From positions 324,843 to 388,842 of the forward strand of contig CAVQCH010000002.1 of the NCBI GenBank assembly GCA_963710945.1: a stretch of DNA of 64,000 nt, read 5' to 3'. This DNA is from an uncultured Acidobacteriota bacterium. GTDB taxonomy: Bacteria > Acidobacteriota > Thermoanaerobaculia > UBA5066 > Gp7-AA6. Made by a program: the position numbers and the translations under genes. Of the stretch, positions 1 to 10,455 are shown piece by piece; position 1 is the first letter of the stretch, and each line of letters begins with the position of its first letter. The notes under the pieces were generated by a model that made no database searches, was not told where the DNA came from, and was given only the letters and a program-made list of their open reading frames with translations.

Positions 1-267
1 CGAGCGGCGTGCCCGTCGCGATGGCCGCCAAGGGAGCGGTCGCCGCCGCGGTGCCCCCGGCCGTCGTCGGCCTCGCGGCCCTGGGGCTCGCCCGGCGGTG
101 GCCGTGGCCGCCGGCGGGACGGTGGCGGCTGGGCGTGCGGCTGACGGCCGCGCTCGTGGCGCTCGCGGCGGCCTCCGTCCTTCTCTGGCTGGTGATCGTC
201 GAGATCGACGTGCGGGCTGACGCCGGGCGCCCGCCGGCCGACGGCGCCGATCATCGCGTGGCAGTCC

Positions 268-987
268 GTGATCGACTTCCTGCTGCTGCTGTCGCTCGCC
301 GGCGTCGGATACGCGCGGCACACCGCCGAGGCGCTGCAGCAGGCGCGAGAGGACGCCGCGCGGGCGGAGGCGCTGCGGGCGCGGGCCGAGCTGCAGCTGC
401 TGCGCTCGCAGGTCCATCCCCACTTCATCCTCAACGTCCTGCACGCGCTGCTCGGCCTCGTGCGCCGCGACCCGGCGCTCGCCGAGAGCGCGCTCGAGCG
501 GCTGGGCGAGCTGTTGCGCTTCGGGCAGGAGGTCCACCAGTCCGGGTCGGACTGGGTGCCGCTCTCGCGCGAGTGGGACTTCGTCGCCAGCTACGTCGCG
601 CTCGAAAAGCTGCGCCTGGGCGGGCGCCTGGCGGCCTCGATCGAGGCCGACGCCGGCGCGCTCGCGACGCCCGTGCCGCCTTTCGCGCTCCAGCCCCTGG
701 TCGAGAACGCGATCGTCCACGGCGTGGCGCCCCGGGCTTCCGGCGGCCGCGTCGAAATCCGGGCGCGGCGCGACGGCGCCGGCGTGCGGCTCTCGGTGAG
801 CGACGACGGCCCCGGCGCCCGCGAGGCCGACGTCCTCGCGAGCCCGCGCCACGGGCTTCGCCTGCTGCGCGAGCGCCTCGCGGCTCTCTACGACGGGCGC
901 GCGCGGATGCGCTTCGAGACGCCGTCGGGCGGGGGATTCGCGATCCACCTGGAGCTGCCGGACGACGCGGCCGGAGACCGGTCGTGA
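268..987 (+). CDS. LytS-family sensor histidine kinase (His_kinase + HATPase_c core). The N-terminal transmembrane part is encoded in another frame upstream (from position 9 or earlier to about 250), implying a +1 frameshift or error near 240-260
   Basis: Motifs LRSQVHPHFILNVL (H-box) and LVENAIVHG...GFAIHLELP (ATPase); TM-like AAKGAVAAAVPPAVVGLAALG...LLWLVIV in the frame starting at 9; GTGA overlap with the downstream LytTR regulator. Confidence 0.7.
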   Translation: MIDFLLLLSLAGVGYARHTAEALQQAREDAARAEALRARAELQLLRSQVHPHFILNVLHALLGLVRRDPALAESALERLGELLRFGQEVHQSGSDWVPLSREWDFVASYVALEKLRLGGRLAASIEADAGALATPVPPFALQPLVENAIVHGVAPRASGGRVEIRARRDGAGVRLSVSDDGPGAREADVLASPRHGLRLLRERLAALYDGRARMRFETPSGGGFAIHLELPDDAAGDRS

Positions 988-1727
988 GCGCGGGGCGCGC
1001 GCGGACCCTGATCGCGGAGGACGAGGCCCCCGCGCGCGAGACGCTGCGCGAGCACCTGGCCGCGGACCGGCGCATCGAGATCGTCGCCGAGGCAGTCGAC
1101 GGCCGTTCGGCGCTCGCGCTCGCCGATGCGCACGCGCCCGACCTGATCTTTCTCGACGTGCGCCTGCCGGAGCTCTCCGGCCTCGAGGTCGCGCGCCGCA
1201 TCCGGCATCCGGCGGAGATCGTCTTCACGACGGCATACGACCGGTTCGCCGTCGCGGCGTTCGAGCTCGGCGCCATCGACTACCTCGTCAAGCCGTTCGG
1301 GCGCGATCGCCTGGCGGCCGCCGTCGAGCGCGCGCTCGGCCGGCTCGGCCAGGCCTCGGTCGGGGCGGGAGACCGGGCGCGCGATTCGCTGGCCGAGGGG
1401 CCGCTCGCCCGGCTCTTCGCCCGGCACGGCGACCGCATCGTGCCGATCGCCGCGGAGGGGATCCGGCGGATCCAGGCGCAGGGCGACTACGCGGAGGTGC
1501 ACGCCGCGGAGGGCGTCTTCCTGATCCACGTGACGCTGCAGGAGCTGGCCGCGCGGCTCGATCCGGCGCGGTTCCGGCAGGTGCATCGCTCGCACATCGT
1601 GTGCCTCGACGCGATTGCGCACATGAGGCCGCACGACGACCGGCGTCTGGCGATCACGTTGAAGGACGGCGCCGTCGTCGTCGCCAGCCGGACCGCCTCG
1701 GAGGAGCTCCGCCGCCTCGCGCGCTAG
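984..1727 (+). CDS. LytTR-family response regulator (REC + LytTR DNA-binding domain)
   Basis: LIAEDEAPARETL...DLIFLDVRLPELSGLEVARRI (receiver); C-terminal LytTR motifs (IRRIQAQGDYAEVHAAEGVFLIHVTLQELAARL). Confidence 0.8.
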   Translation: MSAGRARTLIAEDEAPARETLREHLAADRRIEIVAEAVDGRSALALADAHAPDLIFLDVRLPELSGLEVARRIRHPAEIVFTTAYDRFAVAAFELGAIDYLVKPFGRDRLAAAVERALGRLGQASVGAGDRARDSLAEGPLARLFARHGDRIVPIAAEGIRRIQAQGDYAEVHAAEGVFLIHVTLQELAARLDPARFRQVHRSHIVCLDAIAHMRPHDDRRLAITLKDGAVVVASRTASEELRRLAR

Positions 1728-1744
1728 GTGACAGTTCTCAACAG

Positions 1745-2425
1745 TCAGGCCGACGCCGCTTCGCGGGCGGCGCCGAGGGCGTTGATGTCGGTCGTCTCGA
1801 GGATCTTCTTCGGATAGCCCTGTGCCGCGAGCCGGATCATGGCCCGGCCGAGGACCTCCGTCGTCGTGACGAGGCCGGGAAGCACCCGGCGCAGCAGCGG
1901 ATAGAGAGGGGCGAAGACGGCGTAGAAGAGCCGGTAGACGGCGGTCTTCGACTGGTAGCCCCGCAGCGGCTGGATGAAGCCGGGTCGCAGCATGTACGCG
2001 GCGGCGAAGGGCAGGTGGAGCAGCGCGTTCTCCGTCTCGCCCTTGACGCGCGCCCACATCATCCGGCCGCGCTCGTTGGTGCCCGCGCCGGACACGTAGC
2101 AGAACGTCATGCCGGCGCTGGCCGCGACGAGGGCGCGCGCGGCGGCGAGCGTGAGGTCGTACGTCAGGCGGCGATATTTCGCCTCGTCCATGCCCGCCGA
2201 CGACACGCCGAGGCAGAAGAAGCAGGCGTCGCGATCGGCGAACTGCGACAGGACGGAGGCGTAGTCGAAGAAATCGCGGTGAAGGCGCTCCTCGAGCTTC
2301 GGGTGCGCGACGCCGCACGGGCTGCGCCCGATGGCGAGCACGGAGGTGACGCGCGGGTCCGCGAGGCATTCGTGCAGGACGCCGGCGCCCACCATGCCTG
2401 TCGCGCCGAAGAGAACCACCTTCAC
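1745..2425 (-). CDS. NAD(P)H-binding epimerase/dehydratase-like protein (SDR superfamily)
   Basis: N-terminal Rossmann motif MKVVLFGATGMVGAGVL. Confidence 0.65.
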   Translation of the reverse strand: MKVVLFGATGMVGAGVLHECLADPRVTSVLAIGRSPCGVAHPKLEERLHRDFFDYASVLSQFADRDACFFCLGVSSAGMDEAKYRRLTYDLTLAAARALVAASAGMTFCYVSGAGTNERGRMMWARVKGETENALLHLPFAAAYMLRPGFIQPLRGYQSKTAVYRLFYAVFAPLYPLLRRVLPGLVTTTEVLGRAMIRLAAQGYPKKILETTDINALGAAREAASA

Positions 2426-2432
2426 GGGGCCG

Positions 2433-2954
2433 TCACAGGGATCGCGCGTAGAGCCGGATTTCGGGAGCGTCCTCGGACAGCCGCACCATCCGCTCGAAGG
2501 CGAGGTCGAGCTTTTCGAGAACGCGGATCGAGCGCTCGTTGTCGGGATTCGTGATCGCGGCGACGCGGGAAAGGCCGATCGTGTCCTTCGCGAACCGCAG
2601 CACGCCGGCCGCGGCCTCGAGGGCGAACCCGCGGCCCCGGAACTGCGGCAGGTAGGCGTAGCCGACGTCCACGTCCTCCAGGACGTCGCGCTTGAGCAGG
2701 CCGCAGAGGCCGATCGCCGCCCCGTCGCTCTTGAGGGAAACGAGGAAGAGGCCGAATCCGTGCCGCGCGTAGCTCTCGATCGGGCCGGTCCGGATGTAAT
2801 CCCGCGCGTCCTCGAGCGTGCGTACGCCCTTGTCGCCGATGAAGCGCAGCCAGTCGGGATCGTTGAGGAGGCCCAGGATGAAGGGCGCGTCCTCGACCGT
2901 CAGCCGCCGGAGGACGAGGCGATCGGTCTCGATGACGGCGGCGCGGTGGTTCAT
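2433..2954 (-). CDS. GNAT family N-acetyltransferase (RimJ/RimL-like)
   Basis: LVLRRLTVEDAPFILGLLNDPD...GLFLVSLKSDGAAIGLCGL...FRGRGFALEAA, typical acetyl-CoA binding fold. Confidence 0.75.
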   Translation of the reverse strand: MNHRAAVIETDRLVLRRLTVEDAPFILGLLNDPDWLRFIGDKGVRTLEDARDYIRTGPIESYARHGFGLFLVSLKSDGAAIGLCGLLKRDVLEDVDVGYAYLPQFRGRGFALEAAAGVLRFAKDTIGLSRVAAITNPDNERSIRVLEKLDLAFERMVRLSEDAPEIRLYARSL

Positions 2955-3066
2955 TCGCCGGTGTCTCGCGGGCGACCGGCTACTTCGCCAGCAGTCCCGG
3001 CGCGATGCCGGCGGCGCGAGCCGCAGAAGGAAGGGCGGCGAGCAGGAGGGCGGTCACGCCGCGATA

Positions 3067-3571
3067 CTAGACTTTTTCGTCCGCGGTGGGACCGTAGATC
3101 GAGGGCAGGGGAACGTCGTTCTCCCGCAGGTAGACCGTCAGCTGCCCGCGGTGATGGATCAGGTGGTTGAGCAGGATCCGCCGCAGGAGCGCCTTGCGCT
3201 TGTGCTTGAAGAAGACCTCGCCGTCCGGGCGCAGAACGGTGAACTCCTGCGTGCATCTCCTCGTCGGTCTTCCGGGCGATGGCGGCGCGGCTGCCGGCGA
3301 CGTTCTCGTCGAACCGGGCCATGAACTCGGCCGCGGTCTTCATCGGAGGCGCCTTTTCGGATCCGGCCTGGAAGCGCTCGGCCTCGAACCGCAGACCCCA
3401 GCGGGGCAGCTCGGTGACGTGCGTGGCCAGGGCGCCGAGGCTCATGGACTTCGCGTGCGGCTTCCAGTCGAGCCGGTCGGCGGGCACCCGCTCGAGCACG
3501 CGGCGCGTCGTGGCCATTTCGGCGTCGAACTCGGGGAGGAACGATTCGGCAATCGTGCTCATGAGAGTCAT
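3067..3571 (-). pseudogene. DinB/YfiT-family (DinB_2) protein. The reading frame is broken by a single extra base near 3247; the C-terminus ...VLRPDGEVFFKHKRKALLRRILLNHLIHHRGQLTVYLRENDVPLPSIYGPTADEKV is in the +1 frame
   Basis: N-terminal part MTLMSTIAESFLPEFDAEMATTRRVLERVPADRLDWKPH...; the hallmark HHRGQL motif is recovered only after shifting frame, ending at TAG (complement of 3067-3069). Confidence 0.6.
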
Positions 3572-3627
3572 TACGCCGCCGGCGGAGGCCGGGGTTCAGC
3601 CTTTTTCCGGCCGAGCCGGAGCGCACC

Positions 3628-5541
<1,914 letters not shown>

Positions 5542-5601
5542 AGGGGTACTCCTTCCGCGGGTTGGACCCGGCCTTCCAGTCTAACGGACTTCGGCCGGCA
5601 T

Positions 5602-6117
5602 TTATTGCTCCGGGACGACCTCATAGATGTCCGGCAGGTGGGCGTGGAGCCCCTCGTGCTCCATCCCGTAGCCGGCGTAGAGCCCGGTCCCTTCCGCGGA
5701 AAACAGCGAGAAATCGACCGTCACGCTGGTCGTCCGATCGAGCGGCTTGTCCACCACGGCGCCGAGGTGCAGGGAGGCGGCGCCGCTGCCCTTCAAGTGG
5801 TCCATCAGGTAGGTCTCGATGATGCCGGTGTGGACCACGTCCTTGAGCATCAGCACGTGCTTGTCCTTCACCGTGAAACCGCTCGAAAAGTCGATCTGCA
5901 GGACCTCGCGGGCGCCCTCGGCCCGGCGCACGTGCAGGTACTCGCACGAGAACGGCCCGCGCAGCTTGCGGGCGAGGTCGGCCATGAAGAAGGCCGACCC
6001 CTTGAGGATCGAGACGAGGATGAGGGGCCGGTCGCGCAGGTCCCGGTCCACGGCGCCGGCGACGGCTTCCACGCGCTCGGCGATCTGACGCGATTCATAG
6101 CGGCGCTCGAGTCTCAC
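5602..6117 (-). CDS. hpt: hypoxanthine-guanine phosphoribosyltransferase
   Basis: PRTase fold with PRPP-binding motif VLMLKDVVHTGII; conserved position between tilS and ftsH. Confidence 0.85.
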   Translation of the reverse strand: MRLERRYESRQIAERVEAVAGAVDRDLRDRPLILVSILKGSAFFMADLARKLRGPFSCEYLHVRRAEGAREVLQIDFSSGFTVKDKHVLMLKDVVHTGIIETYLMDHLKGSGAASLHLGAVVDKPLDRTTSVTVDFSLFSAEGTGLYAGYGMEHEGLHAHLPDIYEVVPEQ

Positions 6118-7214
6118 GAACCGACCTCCGGAATCTGGCCGTCTGTCGAGATCCGGCCCGCCGAATCGTACACCGGCCCGGCCGGGCGGGGCCGCACCGA
6201 GAGCTCGCCCCGCCGCCGCTCGAACCGGATGCGGCGACCGGCTTCGAAGCGGAAGTCGGCGCCGGCGGCGAGAAGAGCCAGGATCCGCTCGCGCTCGCGG
6301 CCGGTCATCGGAGGCTTCCCGGGGCGGGCGTACGGCGCGGCCAGGCGCGAAAGCGCGAGGCGCTGGAGCTCCGGAGAGCAGCCGGCGAGCAGCGCGGCGT
6401 CGATCGCGACGCCCTCCGGCAGGGCGCGCACCGCGGGCCCGACCCTCGCGTCGAACTCCGTCTCGAGCAGTCGCCTCTCGACGCCGAGCCGCGCGATCTC
6501 GAGCGCCATCGCCTTGAGCGACTCTTCGCCGCCCGGCGCGCCGCGAAGGCGCGCGAGCGTCCGGCGAACGCGGTTGCGGGCCAGGCGCAGGTCGCCGTTG
6601 GTGGCGTCGCGCCGGAACGCGATGCCCCGGTCGGCCAGGAATCGGAGAATGTCGTCCCGCGTCACCGAGAGCAGCGGCCGCACGACGCCGTCCGCCCGCG
6701 CCGAGCGCGGCCCGGCGAGCGCGGCGACGCCGCCCTGTCTCTCGAGCGCGAGCACGTGCGACTCGACGGCGTCCCCCTGCTGGTGAGCCGTGGCGATGAT
6801 CGCGGCACCCGCCTCAGCCGCCATCTCCGCGAGGGCGGCGTAACGCACGTGCCGGGCCCCCGCCTCGGGTGAAAGGCCGAGCTCCCGCGCGGCCCGGCGG
6901 GCGTCGGCGCGGCGGAAGAAGAAGGGGAGCCCGAGCCGGCGGGCGTGGTCGCGGACGAAAGCGAGATCGCGGTCTCCTTCCCGCGGGCGCCAGCCGTGGT
7001 GGACGTGGCCGACCGAGAGCTTCCAGCCGGTCTCGTTCGCGGCTTCGGCGGCGCCATGGAGCAGCGCCATCGAATCCGCCCCGCCCGAGACGGCGAGCAG
7101 AATCGCGCCATCGCGAGGCATGAGGCCCGATTCGGCGGCGGCCGTGAGAGCGGCGATGACGGTGTCCACGGGGAAATGGTACGCCCTCCTCGTGGGCGGA
7201 GGTCGCGCGCCCAT
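6114..7214 (-). CDS. tilS: tRNA(Ile)-lysidine synthetase TilS
   Basis: PP-loop SGGADS (ILLAVSGGADSMALL), TilS substrate-binding region; tilS-hpt-ftsH synteny. Confidence 0.85.
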   Translation of the reverse strand: MGARPPPTRRAYHFPVDTVIAALTAAAESGLMPRDGAILLAVSGGADSMALLHGAAEAANETGWKLSVGHVHHGWRPREGDRDLAFVRDHARRLGLPFFFRRADARRAARELGLSPEAGARHVRYAALAEMAAEAGAAIIATAHQQGDAVESHVLALERQGGVAALAGPRSARADGVVRPLLSVTRDDILRFLADRGIAFRRDATNGDLRLARNRVRRTLARLRGAPGGEESLKAMALEIARLGVERRLLETEFDARVGPAVRALPEGVAIDAALLAGCSPELQRLALSRLAAPYARPGKPPMTGRERERILALLAAGADFRFEAGRRIRFERRRGELSVRPRPAGPVYDSAGRISTDGQIPEVGS

Positions 7215-7262
7215 GAATTAGAGTTGCGCCAGGACGAGCCCACGACACAGGCGAAGCAGGCC

Positions 7263-8411
7263 ATGCGCTCGGCGCCGGAAGGAGCCCGGATTCCCGCCCT
7301 GACGGGAGTGCGGGCGCTCGCGGCCTTCCTGGTCTTCTTCCATCACCATCCGGCGGGCTTTCTCCAGGTCGGGCCGCTGCTGCTGTGGCTCGAGCTGCAC
7401 GTCGGCGTCACGCTCTTCTTCGTCCTGAGCGGCTTCATGATCACGTGGCGCTACGACCGGCGGGGGCCGAAGCCCGAATCGTTTCTCCGGGGCTACTTCG
7501 TCAATCGCTTCGCCCGCATCTATCCGCTCTACATCGCTCTCGTCGTGCCGACGATGCTCCTCGGCGGAGTGCATTCCCTGCACGCCTGGTTTCTCAACCT
7601 GACGGTCTTCACCAGCTTCGAATCGGGAATCCCGCAGGCGTGGTCTCTTCGAGTCGAGGAGTGCTTCTATCTTTGCGCGCCCCTCGTCTATCTCGGCTGG
7701 CGGCGCAGCCCCGCGCTCCCGCTCGCGGTCGGCGCGGGCGTCCTGGCCGCGTTGTATCCGATCGCGAGACTGCCCGCGGCCGCCGGAATTCTCGGCCCTC
7801 CGTACTACCTCTTCCTGTACACGTTCTTCGGGCGCTTCTTCGAGTTCTACGTCGGCATCTGGCTCGCGAAGAAGGTCGCCGCATCGAGCGCGACTCCGAG
7901 CCCGGTCGGGCGGTTCCCCGTGTTCACGCTCGTCGGAGCGGGCGGGATCGCCGCCGTGGTCTTCGGACTGGCGGCCATCTATGCCGCCACCGGGCGGCCC
8001 GCGTATCTCTTCGGCGTTCAACATCCCGCCGGGATCGCCTTGAACAACCTGGTTCTGCCGCTGTTCGTCGCGGCGTTCTACTGGGGGTTGGTGCGGGAGA
8101 GGTCGCTCGCTCGCCGGATACTCTCGACGCGGACCGCCGATCTGCTGGGTCGGTCCTCCTACGCCTTTTACCTCGTCCACATGGGCGCGGTTCTCGACTA
8201 CCTGCTCGGCCGCCTCCTCGTCGTGGCCGGATGGTTCGGCCCCGGCGCCGCGGCCCGCGCCGCAATGCTTCTCGGAAACGCCGGAGTCCTGCTCGTCCTA
8301 GTGACGCTCCTGTCCATCGCGCTGTACGAGTGTCTCGAGCGCCCGGCCAACCGGTACCTTCGGGCACGGTTCGGCCCACGGGACGTCGCGATATCGACTG
8401 GAGTATCGTGA
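7263..8411 (+). CDS. acyltransferase family 3 (OafA/YrhL-like) integral membrane protein
   Basis: MRSAPEGARIPALTGVRALAAFLVFFHH... about 10 predicted TM helices, Acyl_transf_3 pattern. Confidence 0.75.
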   Translation: MRSAPEGARIPALTGVRALAAFLVFFHHHPAGFLQVGPLLLWLELHVGVTLFFVLSGFMITWRYDRRGPKPESFLRGYFVNRFARIYPLYIALVVPTMLLGGVHSLHAWFLNLTVFTSFESGIPQAWSLRVEECFYLCAPLVYLGWRRSPALPLAVGAGVLAALYPIARLPAAAGILGPPYYLFLYTFFGRFFEFYVGIWLAKKVAASSATPSPVGRFPVFTLVGAGGIAAVVFGLAAIYAATGRPAYLFGVQHPAGIALNNLVLPLFVAAFYWGLVRERSLARRILSTRTADLLGRSSYAFYLVHMGAVLDYLLGRLLVVAGWFGPGAAARAAMLLGNAGVLLVLVTLLSIALYECLERPANRYLRARFGPRDVAISTGVS

Positions 8412-8460
8412 CTTTCGAGGGCGGCTGCGACGGGCGCGGCAATAGCCCGAGGAGGCCTCC

Positions 8461-8652
8461 ATGGACGACCGGCCGAAGTCGAACGAGGACGAGGAGCAGC
8501 ATGAGAAGAATCCCCGCGATGCCCAGGGATTCAAGGAAGTCCCGGCGCCGCAGGGGCTGAAGACGCCGCCGCGCATCCCGGAAGGCGAGGACTCGGGCGA
8601 ATGGACGCGGGGCGGGGGTTCGGATCCGAACGAGGGAAAGAAAAACTCGTAG
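8461..8652 (+). CDS. small acidic hypothetical protein (63 aa)
   Basis: GGAGG Shine-Dalgarno 5 nt upstream of the ATG, high-GC3 codon usage, located in a 360-bp gap between larger genes. Confidence 0.35.
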   Translation: MDDRPKSNEDEEQHEKNPRDAQGFKEVPAPQGLKTPPRIPEGEDSGEWTRGGGSDPNEGKKNS

Positions 8653-8775
8653 CTCCGCCCTCGTCGCGTCCGATCCTGGCCAATCGCGATCGGGCCACAC
8701 TGGCCGTACTGACGCGGCGCCGCCTCGCGGCAAGCCCGCGCGGCGGGGACACGCGATGACATACTGTCGAGGCGC

Positions 8776-10401
8776 TTGACCGCTGCCCCGTCCTCCCGCC
8801 GCCCCGTGCTCTGTCGTCGCCCATTTCTCTGGACGCTCGTCGCCGCCGGAGCCGCCCTCCGCATCTTCCAGTACGCCTGCGACACCTCGCTCTGGTACGA
8901 CGAGCTCTCGATCGTGCGCAACCTCCTCCATCGGTCGGCGACGCGGCTGCTGACGGAGCCTCTCGGCTACCAGCAGGTGGCGCCCGTCGGCTTCATGGTC
9001 GCCGAAAAGACGGTCAGCCGCGTGCTCGGAGAGAGCGACCTCGCTTTCCGGTTTCTCCTGCTGCCGGTCGGCCTCGCGGCGCTCGTGCTCTTCCTGTTCC
9101 TCGCCGAGCGCGTGCTCGACGGGTACGCCGTGCCGTTCGCCGTGGCGACGTTCGCGATCGGCGCGCCTTTCATCCGCTACAGCGCGGAGATCAAGCAGTA
9201 CGGGATCGACATTGCGGCAACGATCGCGATGTGCCTCGTCGCTCTCCGGCTCCGCGATCCGGACTCCATCACGAGGCGGTCCGTTCTCGGAGGCCTGGCG
9301 GGGGCGATCCTCGTGTGGTTTTCCCAGCCGACGATCTTCGTCCTCGCGGGCCTCGGGGGGGCGCTGCTGCTGGCCTGGCTTCGCGACCGGGATCGGCAGA
9401 CGGGCCGCGCGCTCCTCGTGGCCGTTCCCATCTGGGCGGTCGCCTGCGCCGCCTCCGCGCTCGTGACCCTCCGCCTCGTCACGCCCGCGACGCGCGAGTA
9501 CATGGACCAGTTCTGGCGCGTCCGCAACGCCTTCTTCCCCCGGCCCTTCGCGAAGCCCGGCGACGCGTCGTGGCTCTGGGATCGGATCCTCGAGCTCTTC
9601 GCCGACCCGACAGTCCTGCGCTACCGGTGGCCGGCTTTGTACGGCGGCCTCGTGATCCTGGGCTGGATCGTCCTTTGGCGGCGCCATCGCTTCGGGGCGC
9701 TCGTGCTTCTCGGCCCCTTTGCGGTCGGCGTCCTCGCCGCCGTCGCCCAGCAGTTTCCGTTCAAGACCCGCGTCGCCCTGTACGCGCTCCCGATCCTCGT
9801 CCTAGCGGTGGCCGAGGGGGCGGAGTGGATCCGGTTGCAGGCGTCGCGCCTTCATCCCACCGCCGGCGGAGCATGCATGGCCGCGCTCCTCGTCGTCCCC
9901 GTGTGGGCGTTCGTGCAGACGCCCCCGCCGTACTGGGTGGAGGACCACAAGACCGTGCTGTCGTTCTTTCGCGACCGCCACCAGCCCGGCGACGCGGTCT
10001 TCGTCTTTTCGTACGAGATCCAGGCCGTCGAGCGCTACCGCTCCGACTACGGCCTCGCGCCCGGCGACTATGGCGTCGGCGGCTGCTCGCCCGAAGACCG
10101 CCGCGCCTTTCTCCGGGACGTCGACGGCTACCGGGGCCGCGCCCGCGTGTGGCTGCTCGACGGGAGCGTACCGTCCATGACGGACGCGCGCGAGAGTATC
10201 GAGAGCTACCTGGCGACCATCGGAGTTCGCAGGGAGACGATCTCCATCCCATCCGAGAAGCCCCTCGACCCCGTCGGGGCCCACCTCTTCGACCTGAGCG
10301 ACCCGGCGCGGCTCGCCGCGGCGTCGGCGGAAACGTTTCCTCTGAAGCCGCCGGGTCCCCTCCGGATGCCGTGCGGGGATCGGACGCGGCCCTTCCGCTA
10401 A
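8776..10401 (+). CDS. multi-pass membrane protein, probable glycosyltransferase family 39 (ArnT/PMT-like)
   Basis: About 12 TM helices; N-terminal loop motif ...RIFQYACDTSLWYDELSIV (DE acidic motif of GT39). Confidence 0.5.
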   Translation: MTAAPSSRRPVLCRRPFLWTLVAAGAALRIFQYACDTSLWYDELSIVRNLLHRSATRLLTEPLGYQQVAPVGFMVAEKTVSRVLGESDLAFRFLLLPVGLAALVLFLFLAERVLDGYAVPFAVATFAIGAPFIRYSAEIKQYGIDIAATIAMCLVALRLRDPDSITRRSVLGGLAGAILVWFSQPTIFVLAGLGGALLLAWLRDRDRQTGRALLVAVPIWAVACAASALVTLRLVTPATREYMDQFWRVRNAFFPRPFAKPGDASWLWDRILELFADPTVLRYRWPALYGGLVILGWIVLWRRHRFGALVLLGPFAVGVLAAVAQQFPFKTRVALYALPILVLAVAEGAEWIRLQASRLHPTAGGACMAALLVVPVWAFVQTPPPYWVEDHKTVLSFFRDRHQPGDAVFVFSYEIQAVERYRSDYGLAPGDYGVGGCSPEDRRAFLRDVDGYRGRARVWLLDGSVPSMTDARESIESYLATIGVRRETISIPSEKPLDPVGAHLFDLSDPARLAAASAETFPLKPPGPLRMPCGDRTRPFR

Positions 10402-10455
10402 GAGGGAGGATTCGAGGAACCTTCGGCCCTCTCGTTCGTATTCGCTGGAAGGAAC

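Noticed and set aside
9-1727. Single 572-aa ORF spanning the whole region
   Set aside because: Its middle is an out-of-frame read-through of the histidine kinase (Arg/Ala/Pro-rich, no domain). Only the C-terminal 248 aa (LytTR regulator, GTG 984) is real in this frame.
7924-9687. 587-aa minus-strand ORF and overlapping 8298-8921 ORF
   Set aside because: Antisense to the acyltransferase and GT39 genes. Arg/Pro-rich, no start context.
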